Origin: Deltaproteobacteria bacterium
Lineage (GTDB): Bacteria > Desulfobacterota > Binatia > UBA12015
Reading direction: 5' to 3'
Assembly (NCBI GenBank): GCA_016874715.1
Contig: VGTK01000010.1
Location: forward strand, 21,418-45,417
Length of the DNA stretch: 24,000 nt
Of the stretch, positions 15,580-23,906 are shown piece by piece; position 1 is the stretch's first letter; every line of letters starts with the position of its first letter. The notes under the pieces were generated by a model. The model did not search any database. It was given only the letters and a program-made list of their open reading frames with translations, and was not told where the DNA came from. The translations under genes and the position numbers were made by a program.

Positions 15580-15693
15580 CAACAGCGGTTGCGGGCCGGA
15601 GGCCCGGGTCCTCCTGGTACCCGCTGCGGTGCCGGGCCCGAGTTCGGGTTCGGGCGAGCCACGATCGACCTACGAGGACGCAAGGAGAAGCTG

Positions 15694-15969
15694 ATGGCAA
15701 CGAGAATCCGCCTGACCCGGCACGGGAGCAAGAAGCACCCGTTCTATCGCGTGGTTGCGGCCACGACCGAGGCGCCCCGCGATGGCCGCTTCATCGAGCA
15801 GCTGGGGCACTACGACCCGACGCGCGAGCCGGCGATCATCAACCTGAAGCTCGACAAGATCGAGACCTGGGTGCGCCACGGTGCGCTGCCGACCCCGACC
15901 GTCGCCCGCCTCATGAAGAAGGCGGGCTGGAAGGGCCACAGCCCGTCAGCCAAGGCCTCCGAGAGCTGA
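15694..15969 (+). CDS. rpsP: 30S ribosomal protein S16 (bS16)
   Basis: MATRIRLTRHGSKKHPFYRVVAATTEAPRDGRFIEQLGHYDP... The start is ATG 15694, preceded by an AAGGAGA Shine-Dalgarno sequence. The track ORF begins 35 codons too early. Confidence 0.97.
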   Translation: MATRIRLTRHGSKKHPFYRVVAATTEAPRDGRFIEQLGHYDPTREPAIINLKLDKIETWVRHGALPTPTVARLMKKAGWKGHSPSAKASES

Positions 15970-15971
15970 CC

Positions 15972-16208
15972 ATGAGAGAGCTGGTCGAGATGCTGGCGAA
16001 ACACCTCGTCAACCACCCGGACAAGGTCGAAGTGAAGGAGACGATCGGCGACACGGCCTCCGTCATCGAGCTCCGGGTGGCAGTCGAGGATCTCGGCAGG
16101 ATCATCGGCAAGCAGGGCCGGACGGCCAAGTCGATCCGCGCCCTGGTCAACGCAGCGGCCTCGCGCCTGAACCGCAAGGTCGTCCTCGAGATCATCGAAG
16201 ACAAGTAA
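15972..16208 (+). CDS. KH-domain RNA-binding protein (UPF0109 / YlqC family)
   Basis: A 78-aa protein: MRELVEMLAKHLVNHPDKVEVKE...DLGRIIGKQGRTAKSIRALV. It has the GxxG KH motif and occupies the conserved position between rpsP and rimM. Confidence 0.93.
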   Translation: MRELVEMLAKHLVNHPDKVEVKETIGDTASVIELRVAVEDLGRIIGKQGRTAKSIRALVNAAASRLNRKVVLEIIEDK

Positions 16209-16291
16209 GCGTCACGCAGATTTCCACGACCGCCCCCCCTCCTGGAGCCGCCTCCAGCCTCCCCGTCGGGAAGCTCGTAGCCGGTCACGGC

Positions 16292-16780
16292 GTGCGCGGC
16301 CTGGCGCGGGTGAAGCCGTTCAACCCGGCCTCGCCCACGCTGACGACCTGCAAGCAGGTCTGGCTCGTCCACGAGCGCTCGGGCAGGCGTACGTCGTTCC
16401 GCATCCGCGAGAACCGGCGCCACAAGGGGCACTTCCTGCTCGGGTTCGAAGGCATCGACTCGCTGACCGCCCTCGAGCCCTGGATCGGCAGCTTCGTCGA
16501 GGCGGACACCGATCTGGTCCCCACCGCGGGAGCAGGCGAGGTCTACCACTTCGAGGTCGTCGGCCTCGAGGTCCGGACCGTCGCGGGCGAGAACCTGGGG
16601 ACCGTGACCGAGGTCATGGCGCTGCCCGCCCAGGACGTCTGGGTGATCCACAGCCGGGGCCACGCGGACGGAAAGCCGCGCGAGATCCTGCTGCCCGCGG
16701 TCGAACCGGTGGTGTGCGAGATCGATCTCGCCGCCCGGGTCGCGATCGTCGACCCACCGCCAGGACTCATCGACCCCTGA
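16292..16780 (+). CDS. rimM: 16S rRNA processing protein RimM. The coordinates give the minimal canonical ORF; the true start is probably upstream, around 16220-16265.
   Basis: It has a PRC-barrel C-terminus and lies between KH and trmD. The in-frame sequence upstream of GTG 16292 reads ...PVGKLVAGHG before VRGLARVKPF. That completes the conserved RimM N-terminal motif (vGkivgaHGlrGev), yet no ATG, GTG or TTG exists in frame upstream. Confidence 0.85.
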   Translation: MRGLARVKPFNPASPTLTTCKQVWLVHERSGRRTSFRIRENRRHKGHFLLGFEGIDSLTALEPWIGSFVEADTDLVPTAGAGEVYHFEVVGLEVRTVAGENLGTVTEVMALPAQDVWVIHSRGHADGKPREILLPAVEPVVCEIDLAARVAIVDPPPGLIDP

Positions 16781-16790
16781 CGCCCGGGCC

Positions 16791-17513
16791 ATGCGCATCG
16801 AAGTCCTGACGATCTTCCCCGAGTACTTCTCCGGGGTCCTGTCGACGAGCCTGCTCGGCAAGGCGGTCGCTCGTGGCACGCTCGAGGTGCACCTCCACCA
16901 GCTGCGGGACTGGACCACCGACAAGCACCGGACCGTCGACGACACACCGTACGGCGGTGGGCACGGCATGGTCATGAAGATCGAGCCGCTGGCCCTGGCA
17001 CTCGAGGCGATCAGCCCGCCTGGCGCTCACCGCGTGCTGTTCAGCGCGCGCGGGCACCGCTTCACGCAGGGGGTCGCGCACCGGCTCGCCGGGCTGCCCT
17101 CGCTGGTCCTGGTCTGCGGCCGGTACGAGGGTGTCGACGAGCGGATCGGCTCGTTCATCGACGAGCAGCTCTGCATCGGCGACTACGTGCTGTCCGGCGG
17201 CGAAGCCGCCGCGGCAGTCGTCATCGAAGCGGTCTCGCGCCTGATCCCGGGGGTGATCGGCAACGAGGGCTCGTTGCACGAGGAGTCCTTCGCCGCGGGG
17301 CTGCTCGAGTACCCGCAGTACACGCGCCCGGAGGTGTTCCGCGAGCTGCGCGTGCCCGACGTCCTGCTGTCGGGGAACCACGCCGAGATCGCACGCTGGC
17401 GGCGGGCGCAGGCCGAGGCCGCGACGACCGAGCGCCGGCCCGACATGCGGACCGGCACCGGCGCGCCTGCAGACTCGGCTCCGGCGCCGGCAAAGCCGAA
17501 GAAACACGAGTGA
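16791..17513 (+). CDS. trmD: tRNA (guanine37-N1)-methyltransferase TrmD
   Basis: [13 protein letters not shown]...[14 protein letters not shown]...[13 protein letters not shown]...[10 protein letters not shown]...LEYPQYTRP... It has a short Pro/Ala/Lys-rich tail. Confidence 0.97.
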   Translation: MRIEVLTIFPEYFSGVLSTSLLGKAVARGTLEVHLHQLRDWTTDKHRTVDDTPYGGGHGMVMKIEPLALALEAISPPGAHRVLFSARGHRFTQGVAHRLAGLPSLVLVCGRYEGVDERIGSFIDEQLCIGDYVLSGGEAAAAVVIEAVSRLIPGVIGNEGSLHEESFAAGLLEYPQYTRPEVFRELRVPDVLLSGNHAEIARWRRAQAEAATTERRPDMRTGTGAPADSAPAPAKPKKHE

Positions 17514-18073
17514 AATCGAGCCTTTATCTGGCACTCGTGCACCACCCCGTGCTCGACCGGCAGGGCGCGACCGTCACCACGTCGATCACCAACATGGACG
17601 TGCACGACATCGCGCGCACCGGCCGGACCTTCGGCGTTCGCCGCTTCTACGTGGTCCACCCCGTGCCGGGCCTCCGATCGCTCGCCGAGCGCATCGTCGA
17701 GCACTGGCGAAGTGGGTACGGAAGTCGTTACAACCCCTCCCGCCACGAGGCGCTGGGGCGTGTGGAGGTCGAGCCCGACCTCGACCACGTCATCGCCGCG
17801 GTGGAGCAGGACAGCGGCTGCATGCCGCGCCTGGTCGCCACCACGGCCCGCGAGCGTTCCGGGGCAATGCGCTACGACGAACTGGCCAGGCACCTCGCGG
17901 ACGGCGAGGACGCCTGGCTGCTGCTTTTTGGAACGGGATACGGTATGTGCGACGAGGTCTTCGATCGCTGCGAGGCGCACCTCGAGCCGGTTCACGGCGT
18001 CGACGGCTACAATCACCTCTCCGTGCGATCGGCGGCTGCCGTGATCCTCGACCGCCTGACACGTCCGCGCTGA
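17510..18073 (+). CDS. Predicted SPOUT-class SAM-dependent RNA methyltransferase (Methyltrn_RNA_4 / Thermotoga TM1570-like family), substrate unknown
   Basis: A 187-aa protein: (M)[42 protein letters not shown]...GTGYGM...[17 protein letters not shown]. It matches my recollection of PF09936 proteins, which occupy the trmD-rplS gap in several phyla. The GTG start at 17510 overlaps the trmD TGA (GTGA). Confidence 0.7.
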   Translation: MKSSLYLALVHHPVLDRQGATVTTSITNMDVHDIARTGRTFGVRRFYVVHPVPGLRSLAERIVEHWRSGYGSRYNPSRHEALGRVEVEPDLDHVIAAVEQDSGCMPRLVATTARERSGAMRYDELARHLADGEDAWLLLFGTGYGMCDEVFDRCEAHLEPVHGVDGYNHLSVRSAAAVILDRLTRPR

Positions 18074-18111
18074 GTCGCCTGGATCCAGATCTGCCTAGAA
18101 GGAATTTCGAG

Positions 18112-18462
18112 ATGACCGTCATCGACGCAATCGAAGCCGAACAGCTGCGCAGCGACATCCCCGCCTTCCGGCCGGGCGACACCGTCCGCGTCCACGTGAA
18201 GGTGGTCGAGGGCGAGAAGGAGCGCATCCAGGTGTTCGAGGGTGCCGTCCTGCGCCGCAGCAACGGCGGCATCCGCGAGACGTTCACCGTGCGCAAGGTA
18301 TCGTACGGCGTCGGCGTCGAGCGCACGTTCCCGGTGCACTCGCCGCGCATCGACAAGGTCGAGCTCACCACGCGCGGCAAGGTCCGGCGCGCGAAGCTGT
18401 ATTACCTGCGCGAGCTCTCCGGCAAGGCGGCGCGCATCAAGGAGGTCGGGGCGCGGCGGTGA
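18112..18462 (+). CDS. rplS: 50S ribosomal protein L19 (bL19)
   Basis: [47 protein letters not shown]...[28 protein letters not shown]... The start is ATG 18112, preceded by GAAGGA. The track ORF starts 55 codons too early. Confidence 0.97.
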   Translation: MTVIDAIEAEQLRSDIPAFRPGDTVRVHVKVVEGEKERIQVFEGAVLRRSNGGIRETFTVRKVSYGVGVERTFPVHSPRIDKVELTTRGKVRRAKLYYLRELSGKAARIKEVGARR

Positions 18463-18884
18463 GCCCCGAGCGCGCGTCCGGTCCGGTCGCCGAGGCGGGC
18501 GATTCCGGCGAGCGCTTCAAGCACGAGATCGCGGCCGACGTCGCGATCAGTGGCCGCATCTCCTTTCCCGGAAACGCACGCATCGATGGGCGCCTCACGG
18601 GCGAGGTGCGCGCCGACGCGCTCCTGGTCGTCGGCCCCACCGCGCACCTGCGCGCCGACGTCCGGGCGCAGAGCCTCGTCCTCTTCGGCACCATCGAGGG
18701 CAGCGTGTGCCAGAGCGACAGCGTCGAGCTGAAGCCCGGCAGCAGGCTCATCGGCGGGCTCGAGGCGGAGCGCGTCGTCGTTCACGCGGGCGCACTCTTC
18801 GAGGGCCGCTGCTCCATCGGCAAGCGGTCGCCGGCCATGGCCGCAGCGCAGTCCGCCAGGCACGCCAAGGCGCGCGAAGCCTGA
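18459..18884 (+). CDS. Bactofilin-family (DUF583) polymer-forming cytoskeletal protein
   Basis: A 141-aa protein with the beta-helical repeat pattern typical of bactofilins: [90 protein letters not shown]. The GTG start overlaps the rplS TGA (GTGA). Confidence 0.75.
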   Translation: MSPERASGPVAEAGDSGERFKHEIAADVAISGRISFPGNARIDGRLTGEVRADALLVVGPTAHLRADVRAQSLVLFGTIEGSVCQSDSVELKPGSRLIGGLEAERVVVHAGALFEGRCSIGKRSPAMAAAQSARHAKAREA

Positions 18885-18910
18885 GCGACGCGCGCCGGTC
18901 GCAGAGAACG

Positions 18911-19768
18911 TCAGCGCAGCCCGAGCGCGGACACCACCCCGAGCGACGCCTCGGCGAAGTTCATCGTGTACAGGTGCACGCCCGGGGCACCGGCACGGCG
19001 TAGCTGCTCGCAGAGCCTGGTCGCGACATCGACGCCGATCTCGCGGCGCGCGGCGACGTCGTTGCCCGCCTTCTCGAGCCGGGTGCGAATCTCGTCGGGG
19101 AACTCGGTCGCATTCGCCGCCGACATGCGCGCGACGCCCTCTGCGTTGGTGGGCGGCATGATCCCGGGGATCACCGGCGTGCGCACGCCGCGCTTCGCGA
19201 GCTCCTCCACGAAGCGCTCGTAGTGCTCGACGCGAAAGAAGAACTGGGTGATCGCGAAGTCGGCCGCGGCGAGCTTCGCCGCGTGGTGCGCGAGGTCGTC
19301 CTCCCGGCTGCTCGCCCGCGGGTGGCCCTCGGGATGGGCTGCCACGCCCACCGAGAACGGCCCTCGCTGGCGCACCAGCTCGGCGAGGTCGATCGCATGG
19401 TGGAAGTGGCCGGTCGGCACGTCCACCGTGCCCTCGGGCAGGTCGCCGTGCAGGACGAGGAGGTTCTCGATGCCGTCGTCCCGGTAGCGGTCGATGATCG
19501 TCGTGATCTCTTCCCGCGTGTGCGCGACGCACGTCAGGTGCGGCATCCCCGTGATGTGCAGGCCATGCTGGATGCGCGACACCACCTCGGCCGTCGGGCC
19601 GCGCGTCGATCCACCCGCACCGTAGGTCACGGACATGAAGCTCGGCCGCAGCCGGGCGAGGCGCTCGAGCGCGCGCTCCAGGCGCTCGTTTCCCGCCGGG
19701 TCGCGGGGCGCGGAGAACTCGAACGAGAGGGTCGGTCCGGCTGCTATGAGGTCGGCGATCTTCGCCAT
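18911..19768 (-). CDS. metF: Methylenetetrahydrofolate reductase
   Basis: A 285-aa protein from ATG 19768: MAKIADLIAAGPTLSFEFSAPRD...FMSVTYGAGGSTR...HLTCV...ITQFFF...GIMP...VHLYTMN. The upstream 63 codons of the track ORF cover the repeat region and the ATPase 3' end. Confidence 0.93.
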   Translation of the reverse strand: MAKIADLIAAGPTLSFEFSAPRDPAGNERLERALERLARLRPSFMSVTYGAGGSTRGPTAEVVSRIQHGLHITGMPHLTCVAHTREEITTIIDRYRDDGIENLLVLHGDLPEGTVDVPTGHFHHAIDLAELVRQRGPFSVGVAAHPEGHPRASSREDDLAHHAAKLAAADFAITQFFFRVEHYERFVEELAKRGVRTPVIPGIMPPTNAEGVARMSAANATEFPDEIRTRLEKAGNDVAARREIGVDVATRLCEQLRRAGAPGVHLYTMNFAEASLGVVSALGLR

Positions 19769-19808
19769 CGGGTGATCCTGTAGGACGGGCGCGACGCGGT
19801 AAAGGGCC

Positions 19809-20867
19809 TCAACGCGGCGCGGGTGGCACGGGAAGGACCTGCGCGGGTGGCACGGGAAGGACCTGCGCGGGCGGCAAGGGAAAGACATGACATGCGACCG
19901 CGTGCGCCGCATCGCCCTCGAGGGCGGGACGATCGACCCTGCAGCGAGCCTCCGCAAAGGCGCAGCGGGGGTGGAACGGGCACCCCGGCGGCGGTGCGAT
20001 CGGGCTCGGCACGTCTCCGGCGAGGGCCATGCGCTGTGCGCGGTTTGCGGGGTCCGGCTCGGGGACGGCCGACAGGAGCGCCCGCGTGTAGGGATGGTGC
20101 GGCTCCTCGAGCAGGCGCGCGGTCGTCCCGACCTCGACCACGCGGCCGAGGTACATGACCGCGATGCGATGGCTCAGGTGCGCGACCACGCGCAGGTCGT
20201 GCGCGACGAAGAAGTAGGCGAGCGCGTGCTTCTGCTGCAGATCGGCGAGCAGGTTGATGACCTGAGCCTGCACCGACACGTCGAGCGCGGAAACCGGCTC
20301 GTCGCAGACGACGAAGCGCGGCCCGACCGCCAGCGCACGCGCGATGCCGATCCGCTGGCGCTGCCCGCCGCTGAACTCGTGCGGGTAGCGCCCGGCGTGC
20401 TCCGGCCGCAGCCCGACCTCCAGCAGCAGCCGCTCGACCTCCGCCCGCTTCGCCGCGCCGCGCGCGAGGTCGTGGATCTCGAGTCCCTCGGCGACGATCG
20501 CGCCGACCTTCATGCGCGGATCGAGCGACCCGTACGGGTCCTGGAAGACGATCTGCATCTCGCGCCGCAGGCGTCGCAGCTCGCGCGCCGGCAGCGCGCC
20601 GAGATCGCGACCATCGAAGGTGACCGTGCCCGACGTCGGCTCGATCAGACGCAGCAGGAGGCGGCCGAGGGTCGACTTGCCGCAGCCCGACTCTCCCACC
20701 ACACCCAGCGTCTCGCCCTCGTGCACGACGAGGCTCACGTCCTCGACCGCGTGCACGACCTCGCGCTTTCCGCCGAGGAGACCGCCGCCCGAGCGGAAGT
20801 GCTTGACGAGGCGCCGCGCCTCGACGAGCGGGCGACCGGTCGGGCGCGCCGCGCGCTCCGTGCTCAC
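19809..20867 (-). CDS. Opp/Dpp-family (peptide/nickel) ABC transporter ATP-binding protein, OppF/DppF-like
   Basis: This is the C-terminal 352 aa of track ORF 19809..21920: Walker [10 protein letters not shown], signature FSGGQRQR, Walker [13 protein letters not shown], and a C-terminal oligopeptide-ATPase extension with 4 Cys. The GTG start at 20867 overlaps the upstream TGA. Confidence 0.9.
   Translation of the reverse strand: MSTERAARPTGRPLVEARRLVKHFRSGGGLLGGKREVVHAVEDVSLVVHEGETLGVVGESGCGKSTLGRLLLRLIEPTSGTVTFDGRDLGALPARELRRLRREMQIVFQDPYGSLDPRMKVGAIVAEGLEIHDLARGAAKRAEVERLLLEVGLRPEHAGRYPHEFSGGQRQRIGIARALAVGPRFVVCDEPVSALDVSVQAQVINLLADLQQKHALAYFFVAHDLRVVAHLSHRIAVMYLGRVVEVGTTARLLEEPHHPYTRALLSAVPEPDPANRAQRMALAGDVPSPIAPPPGCPFHPRCAFAEARCRVDRPALEGDAAHAVACHVFPLPPAQVLPVPPAQVLPVPPAPR
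19817..19888 (-). repeat. 24-bp tandem repeat, 3 copies (2 identical plus 1 diverged), in frame at the 3' end of the ABC ATPase gene
   Basis: The unit gcgcgggtggcacgggaaggacct occurs at 19817-19840 and 19841-19864. A diverged copy, gcgcgggcggcaagggaaagacat, lies at 19865-19888. Together they translate on the minus strand to ...[24 protein letters not shown]. Confidence 0.9.
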
Positions 20868-21874
20868 GGTTGGCCGCCTCCGTGCAGCGGGAAGTGGCAC
20901 GCGACCAAGCGCTGCGCGGTGACGGCGTGCAGCGCCGGGTCTTCCTGCGCACAGCGGTCCGCCGCGCGCGCGCAGCGGTCGCGGAACCGGCACCCCGACG
21001 GGAGCGCCAGCAGGTCGGGCACCCGGCCTGGAATGGCCGTGAGACGCCGGGCACGGTGCTCCAGCCGCGGCAGCGACGCGAGCAGAGCCTGCGCATAGGG
21101 GTGCGCGGGTGCCGAGAACAACGCGCCGGCGGGCGCCTGCTCGACGATCCGCCCTGCGTACATGATCGCCACCTCGTCGGCCTCCGCCGCGACCACGCCG
21201 AGGTCGTGCGTGATCAGCAGCAGGCTCATGCCGAGCCGGTCCTTGAGGTCTCGCAGCAGGTCGAGGATCTGCGCCTGGATGGTGACGTCGAGCGCGGTGG
21301 TCGGCTCGTCCGCGATCAGCAACGCCGGCTCGCAGGAGATCGCCATCGCGATCATCACCCGCTGCTTCATCCCGCCCGACATCTGGTGCGGGTACGATCG
21401 CGCGCGGCGCTCGGCGTCGGGGATCTCGACCAGGCGCAGCAGGTCGACGGCCCCGGCCCACGCGTCGCTCCGCGACAGCCCACGGTGCAGGCGCAACGCC
21501 TCGGCCACCTGCGCGCCGACGGTGAACACGGGATTCAGGGACGTCGACGGCTCCTGGAAGATCATCGCGATGCGCGCTCCGCGGAGCCGTCGCATGTCGG
21601 CCTCGGGCAGCGCGAGCAGATCGCGGCCCTCGAAGCGGATCGTACCGGAGCGGAGACGCGCGCTCCCGTCGAGCAGGCGCAGGATCGCGAGCGAAGTGAC
21701 GCTCTTGCCGCAGCCGGACTCGCCGACCAGCCCGAGCGTCGCGCCGGGAGCGATCGTGAAGCTCACGCCGTCGATCGCGCGTACCGTGCCGCGCGGGGTC
21801 TCGAACTCGACCACGAGGTCGCGCACCTCGAGCAGCGGCCCCACACCGGGCACCGGATGCTCCGCCCTCCTCAC
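20864..21874 (-). CDS. Opp/Dpp-family ABC transporter ATP-binding protein, OppD/DppD-like
   Basis: A 336-aa protein: Walker [10 protein letters not shown], signature MSGGMKQR, Walker [13 protein letters not shown], and a C-terminal extension with 4 Cys. The GTG start at 21874 overlaps the permease TGA. Confidence 0.9.
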   Translation of the reverse strand: MRRAEHPVPGVGPLLEVRDLVVEFETPRGTVRAIDGVSFTIAPGATLGLVGESGCGKSVTSLAILRLLDGSARLRSGTIRFEGRDLLALPEADMRRLRGARIAMIFQEPSTSLNPVFTVGAQVAEALRLHRGLSRSDAWAGAVDLLRLVEIPDAERRARSYPHQMSGGMKQRVMIAMAISCEPALLIADEPTTALDVTIQAQILDLLRDLKDRLGMSLLLITHDLGVVAAEADEVAIMYAGRIVEQAPAGALFSAPAHPYAQALLASLPRLEHRARRLTAIPGRVPDLLALPSGCRFRDRCARAADRCAQEDPALHAVTAQRLVACHFPLHGGGQP

Positions 21875-22929
21875 GGGCGCGCCTCCGCGCGCGGGTCGAG
21901 GCGATCGCGCAGCTGGTCACCGAGGAAGTTGAAGGCCATCGTGGTGATCGCGATGCACACCCCCGGCGCGAGGATCCACGGGTACTTGTCGAGGTTCGTC
22001 AGGTTGTTCGCGTCCTTCAGCAGCGAGCCCCAGCTCGTGCTCGGCTCCTGGATGCCGAGGCCGAGCAGCGACAGCGCGCTCTCGCCGAGGATGAACCCCG
22101 GGATCGCGAGCGTCGCCGCGACGGTCGTGTAGCCGAGCGTCGCGGGAACGACGTGACGGACGATGGTGCGCGCGCGACCGGCGCCGAGCGCGCGCGCCCC
22201 CTGCACGTACTCGAGCTCGCGGATCGACGTCACCATGCCGCGAATCACGCGCGCGAAGCCGGCCCAGCGGATGAAGCTCATCAGCACGACGATGAGCACG
22301 AAGGTCTGTGCCGACGACAGCCCAGGCGGGATCACCGCTGCGAGTGCCAGCAGGAAGTAGAACGACGGCAGCGCCATCATCACCTCGCAGAGGCGCATCA
22401 GCAAGTCGTCGGTGCGGCCGCCGACGTAGCCGGCGACGACGCCGACCAGCGTACCGATGCCGAGACTGATCACCACGCCGACGATGCCGACAGAAAGACT
22501 GATGCGTGCGCCGTACACGAGCCGCGAGAACAGGTCGCGTCCGAGCGCGTCGCTGCCGATGAGAAAGAAGTGCTGTGCCGGGTCGGCCGTCGTCAGCAGG
22601 TGGCCGCGCGTGAAGAAGCCGAGCGCGATGCGGCGGTCGCGATCGGTCTCGTAGCGGCGGCGCAGGCTGTCGACCATGCGCTGCGGGTGCACGTAGAGCA
22701 GCCCCTCCGACGCCCACGCCGACGGCGGCGCGACGTGGAGCCGCATCGGCGGCGCGTTCGGCGAGCGACGGAACTGCCGTCCGGGCTCGTACGGGGCGAT
22801 CCACGGGGCGAGTGCCGCGACCCCGTACAGAAAGAGCAGGACGGCGCCGCTCAGCCCGGCGCGCCACCGCCAGCGGCGCGATGGTGCGCCGCTGGAGTCA
22901 CCCGCGAGCCCTCCGCCCGGCTCGATCAC
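21871..22929 (-). CDS. Opp/Dpp-family ABC transporter permease, OppC/DppC-like, with an enlarged first periplasmic loop
   Basis: This is the C-terminal 352 aa of track ORF 21871..23913: ...[15 protein letters not shown]... and the EAA loop [23 protein letters not shown]. The GTG start at 22929 overlaps the upstream TGA. Confidence 0.88.
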   Translation of the reverse strand: MIEPGGGLAGDSSGAPSRRWRWRAGLSGAVLLFLYGVAALAPWIAPYEPGRQFRRSPNAPPMRLHVAPPSAWASEGLLYVHPQRMVDSLRRRYETDRDRRIALGFFTRGHLLTTADPAQHFFLIGSDALGRDLFSRLVYGARISLSVGIVGVVISLGIGTLVGVVAGYVGGRTDDLLMRLCEVMMALPSFYFLLALAAVIPPGLSSAQTFVLIVVLMSFIRWAGFARVIRGMVTSIRELEYVQGARALGAGRARTIVRHVVPATLGYTTVAATLAIPGFILGESALSLLGLGIQEPSTSWGSLLKDANNLTNLDKYPWILAPGVCIAITTMAFNFLGDQLRDRLDPRAEARP

Positions 22930-23906
22930 TGTGTCCTCGACGCGCCCAGCTCGATCCGCGGGTCCGAGAAGGCGAGCGCCACGTCGGCCAGCAGGTTGCC
23001 GAGAAGCAGCAGCAGCGAGCCGATGAGCACCGAGCCCATGACGAGGTAGATGTCGAGCGCCAGCACCGCCTCGAGCATGAGCGAGCCGAGCCCCTGCAGG
23101 TTCATCACGCTCTCGACGAGAGCAGCGCCGCCGAGCAGCGTGCCGAGCTCGTAGCCGGCGAGGGTGATGAACGGGTTCAGCGCGTTGCGCAGCACGTGCT
23201 TGAAGAGCACCGTGCGCTCCGCGAGCCCCTTCGCGCGGGCGGTGCGCACGAAGTCGGCACGCTGCAGGTCGAGGATCGCGCCGCGCATCAGGCGCATCAG
23301 GCTCGCCATGCCGCTGGTGGCGAGCACGATCGTCGGCAGGATCAGGTGGTGCAGGCGGTCGAGGAGCTTCGCCGACGGGGACAGGTCCTCGTAGTCGAAC
23401 GACACCGAGCCACCGACGGGAAACCAGCCGGTCAGCAGCGCGAAGCGCAGCAGCAGGAACGCGAGGAAGAAGTTCGGCAGCGACATGCCGAGGAACCCGA
23501 GCAGCGACAACACCCTGTCCGAGAGGTGGCCACGGCGCACGGCGACCGCGACGCCGAGCGGGATCGCGAGCAGCCAGGTCACGACCAGCGCGGAGATCGA
23601 CAGGATCAGCGTGTTGACCACGCGCTGACCGATCAGCGTGAGGACGCTCACGCGGTGTGCCACCGAGAGCCCGAGATCGCCCTGCACGGCCTGCGCGAGC
23701 CACGCGAGATAGCGCGCCGGCAGCGGCTCGCCGTAGCCGAAGCTCTGCTTCATCTGCTCGATCGCCTCGGGCGAGATCGAGGGGTTGAGCGCTAGGCTCG
23801 AGAAGAAGTCGCCGGGCGCGAGATCCACGATCAGGAACGACAAGAAGGTGATCCCGACCAGCAAGGGCACCATCTGCAGCAGCCTGCGCAGGAAGAAGAG
23901 CCCCAT
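22926..23906 (-). CDS. Opp/Dpp-family ABC transporter permease, OppB/DppB-like
   Basis: A 326-aa protein: MGLFFLRRLLQMVPLLVGITFLSFLIV...PGDFF... and the EAA loop FVRTARAKGLAERTVLFKHVLRNAL. The start is ATG 23906. Confidence 0.92.
   Translation of the reverse strand: MGLFFLRRLLQMVPLLVGITFLSFLIVDLAPGDFFSSLALNPSISPEAIEQMKQSFGYGEPLPARYLAWLAQAVQGDLGLSVAHRVSVLTLIGQRVVNTLILSISALVVTWLLAIPLGVAVAVRRGHLSDRVLSLLGFLGMSLPNFFLAFLLLRFALLTGWFPVGGSVSFDYEDLSPSAKLLDRLHHLILPTIVLATSGMASLMRLMRGAILDLQRADFVRTARAKGLAERTVLFKHVLRNALNPFITLAGYELGTLLGGAALVESVMNLQGLGSLMLEAVLALDIYLVMGSVLIGSLLLLLGNLLADVALAFSDPRIELGASRTQ

Noticed and set aside
14245-15582. A 445-aa minus-strand ORF opposite ffh
   Set aside because: It is antisense to Ffh and has no start context or homology. 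This is a GC-driven stop-codon-poor frame.
17183-18016. A 277-aa minus-strand ORF opposite trmD and the SPOUT gene, and the 17790..18380 and 18402..19532 ORFs opposite rplS, the bactofilin gene and metF
   Set aside because: These are antisense artefacts. The opposite-strand genes are well supported.
18074-18111. Palindromes tggatcca and agatct in the SPOUT-rplS spacer
   Set aside because: These are short restriction-site-like palindromes with no partner half-sites and no conservation evidence. They are most likely incidental.
19769-19808. SAM or other riboswitch upstream of metF
   Set aside because: Only 40 nt separate the ATPase stop from the metF ATG. That is too short for a riboswitch aptamer, and no conserved riboswitch core motifs were seen.
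19809-21920. A 703-aa ORF that looks like a single giant ATPase
   Set aside because: Only the C-terminal 352 aa (from GTG 20867) is ABC-ATPase-like. The N-terminal half is an Arg-rich frame that overlaps the genuine OppD-like gene (20864..21874), which is read in another frame.
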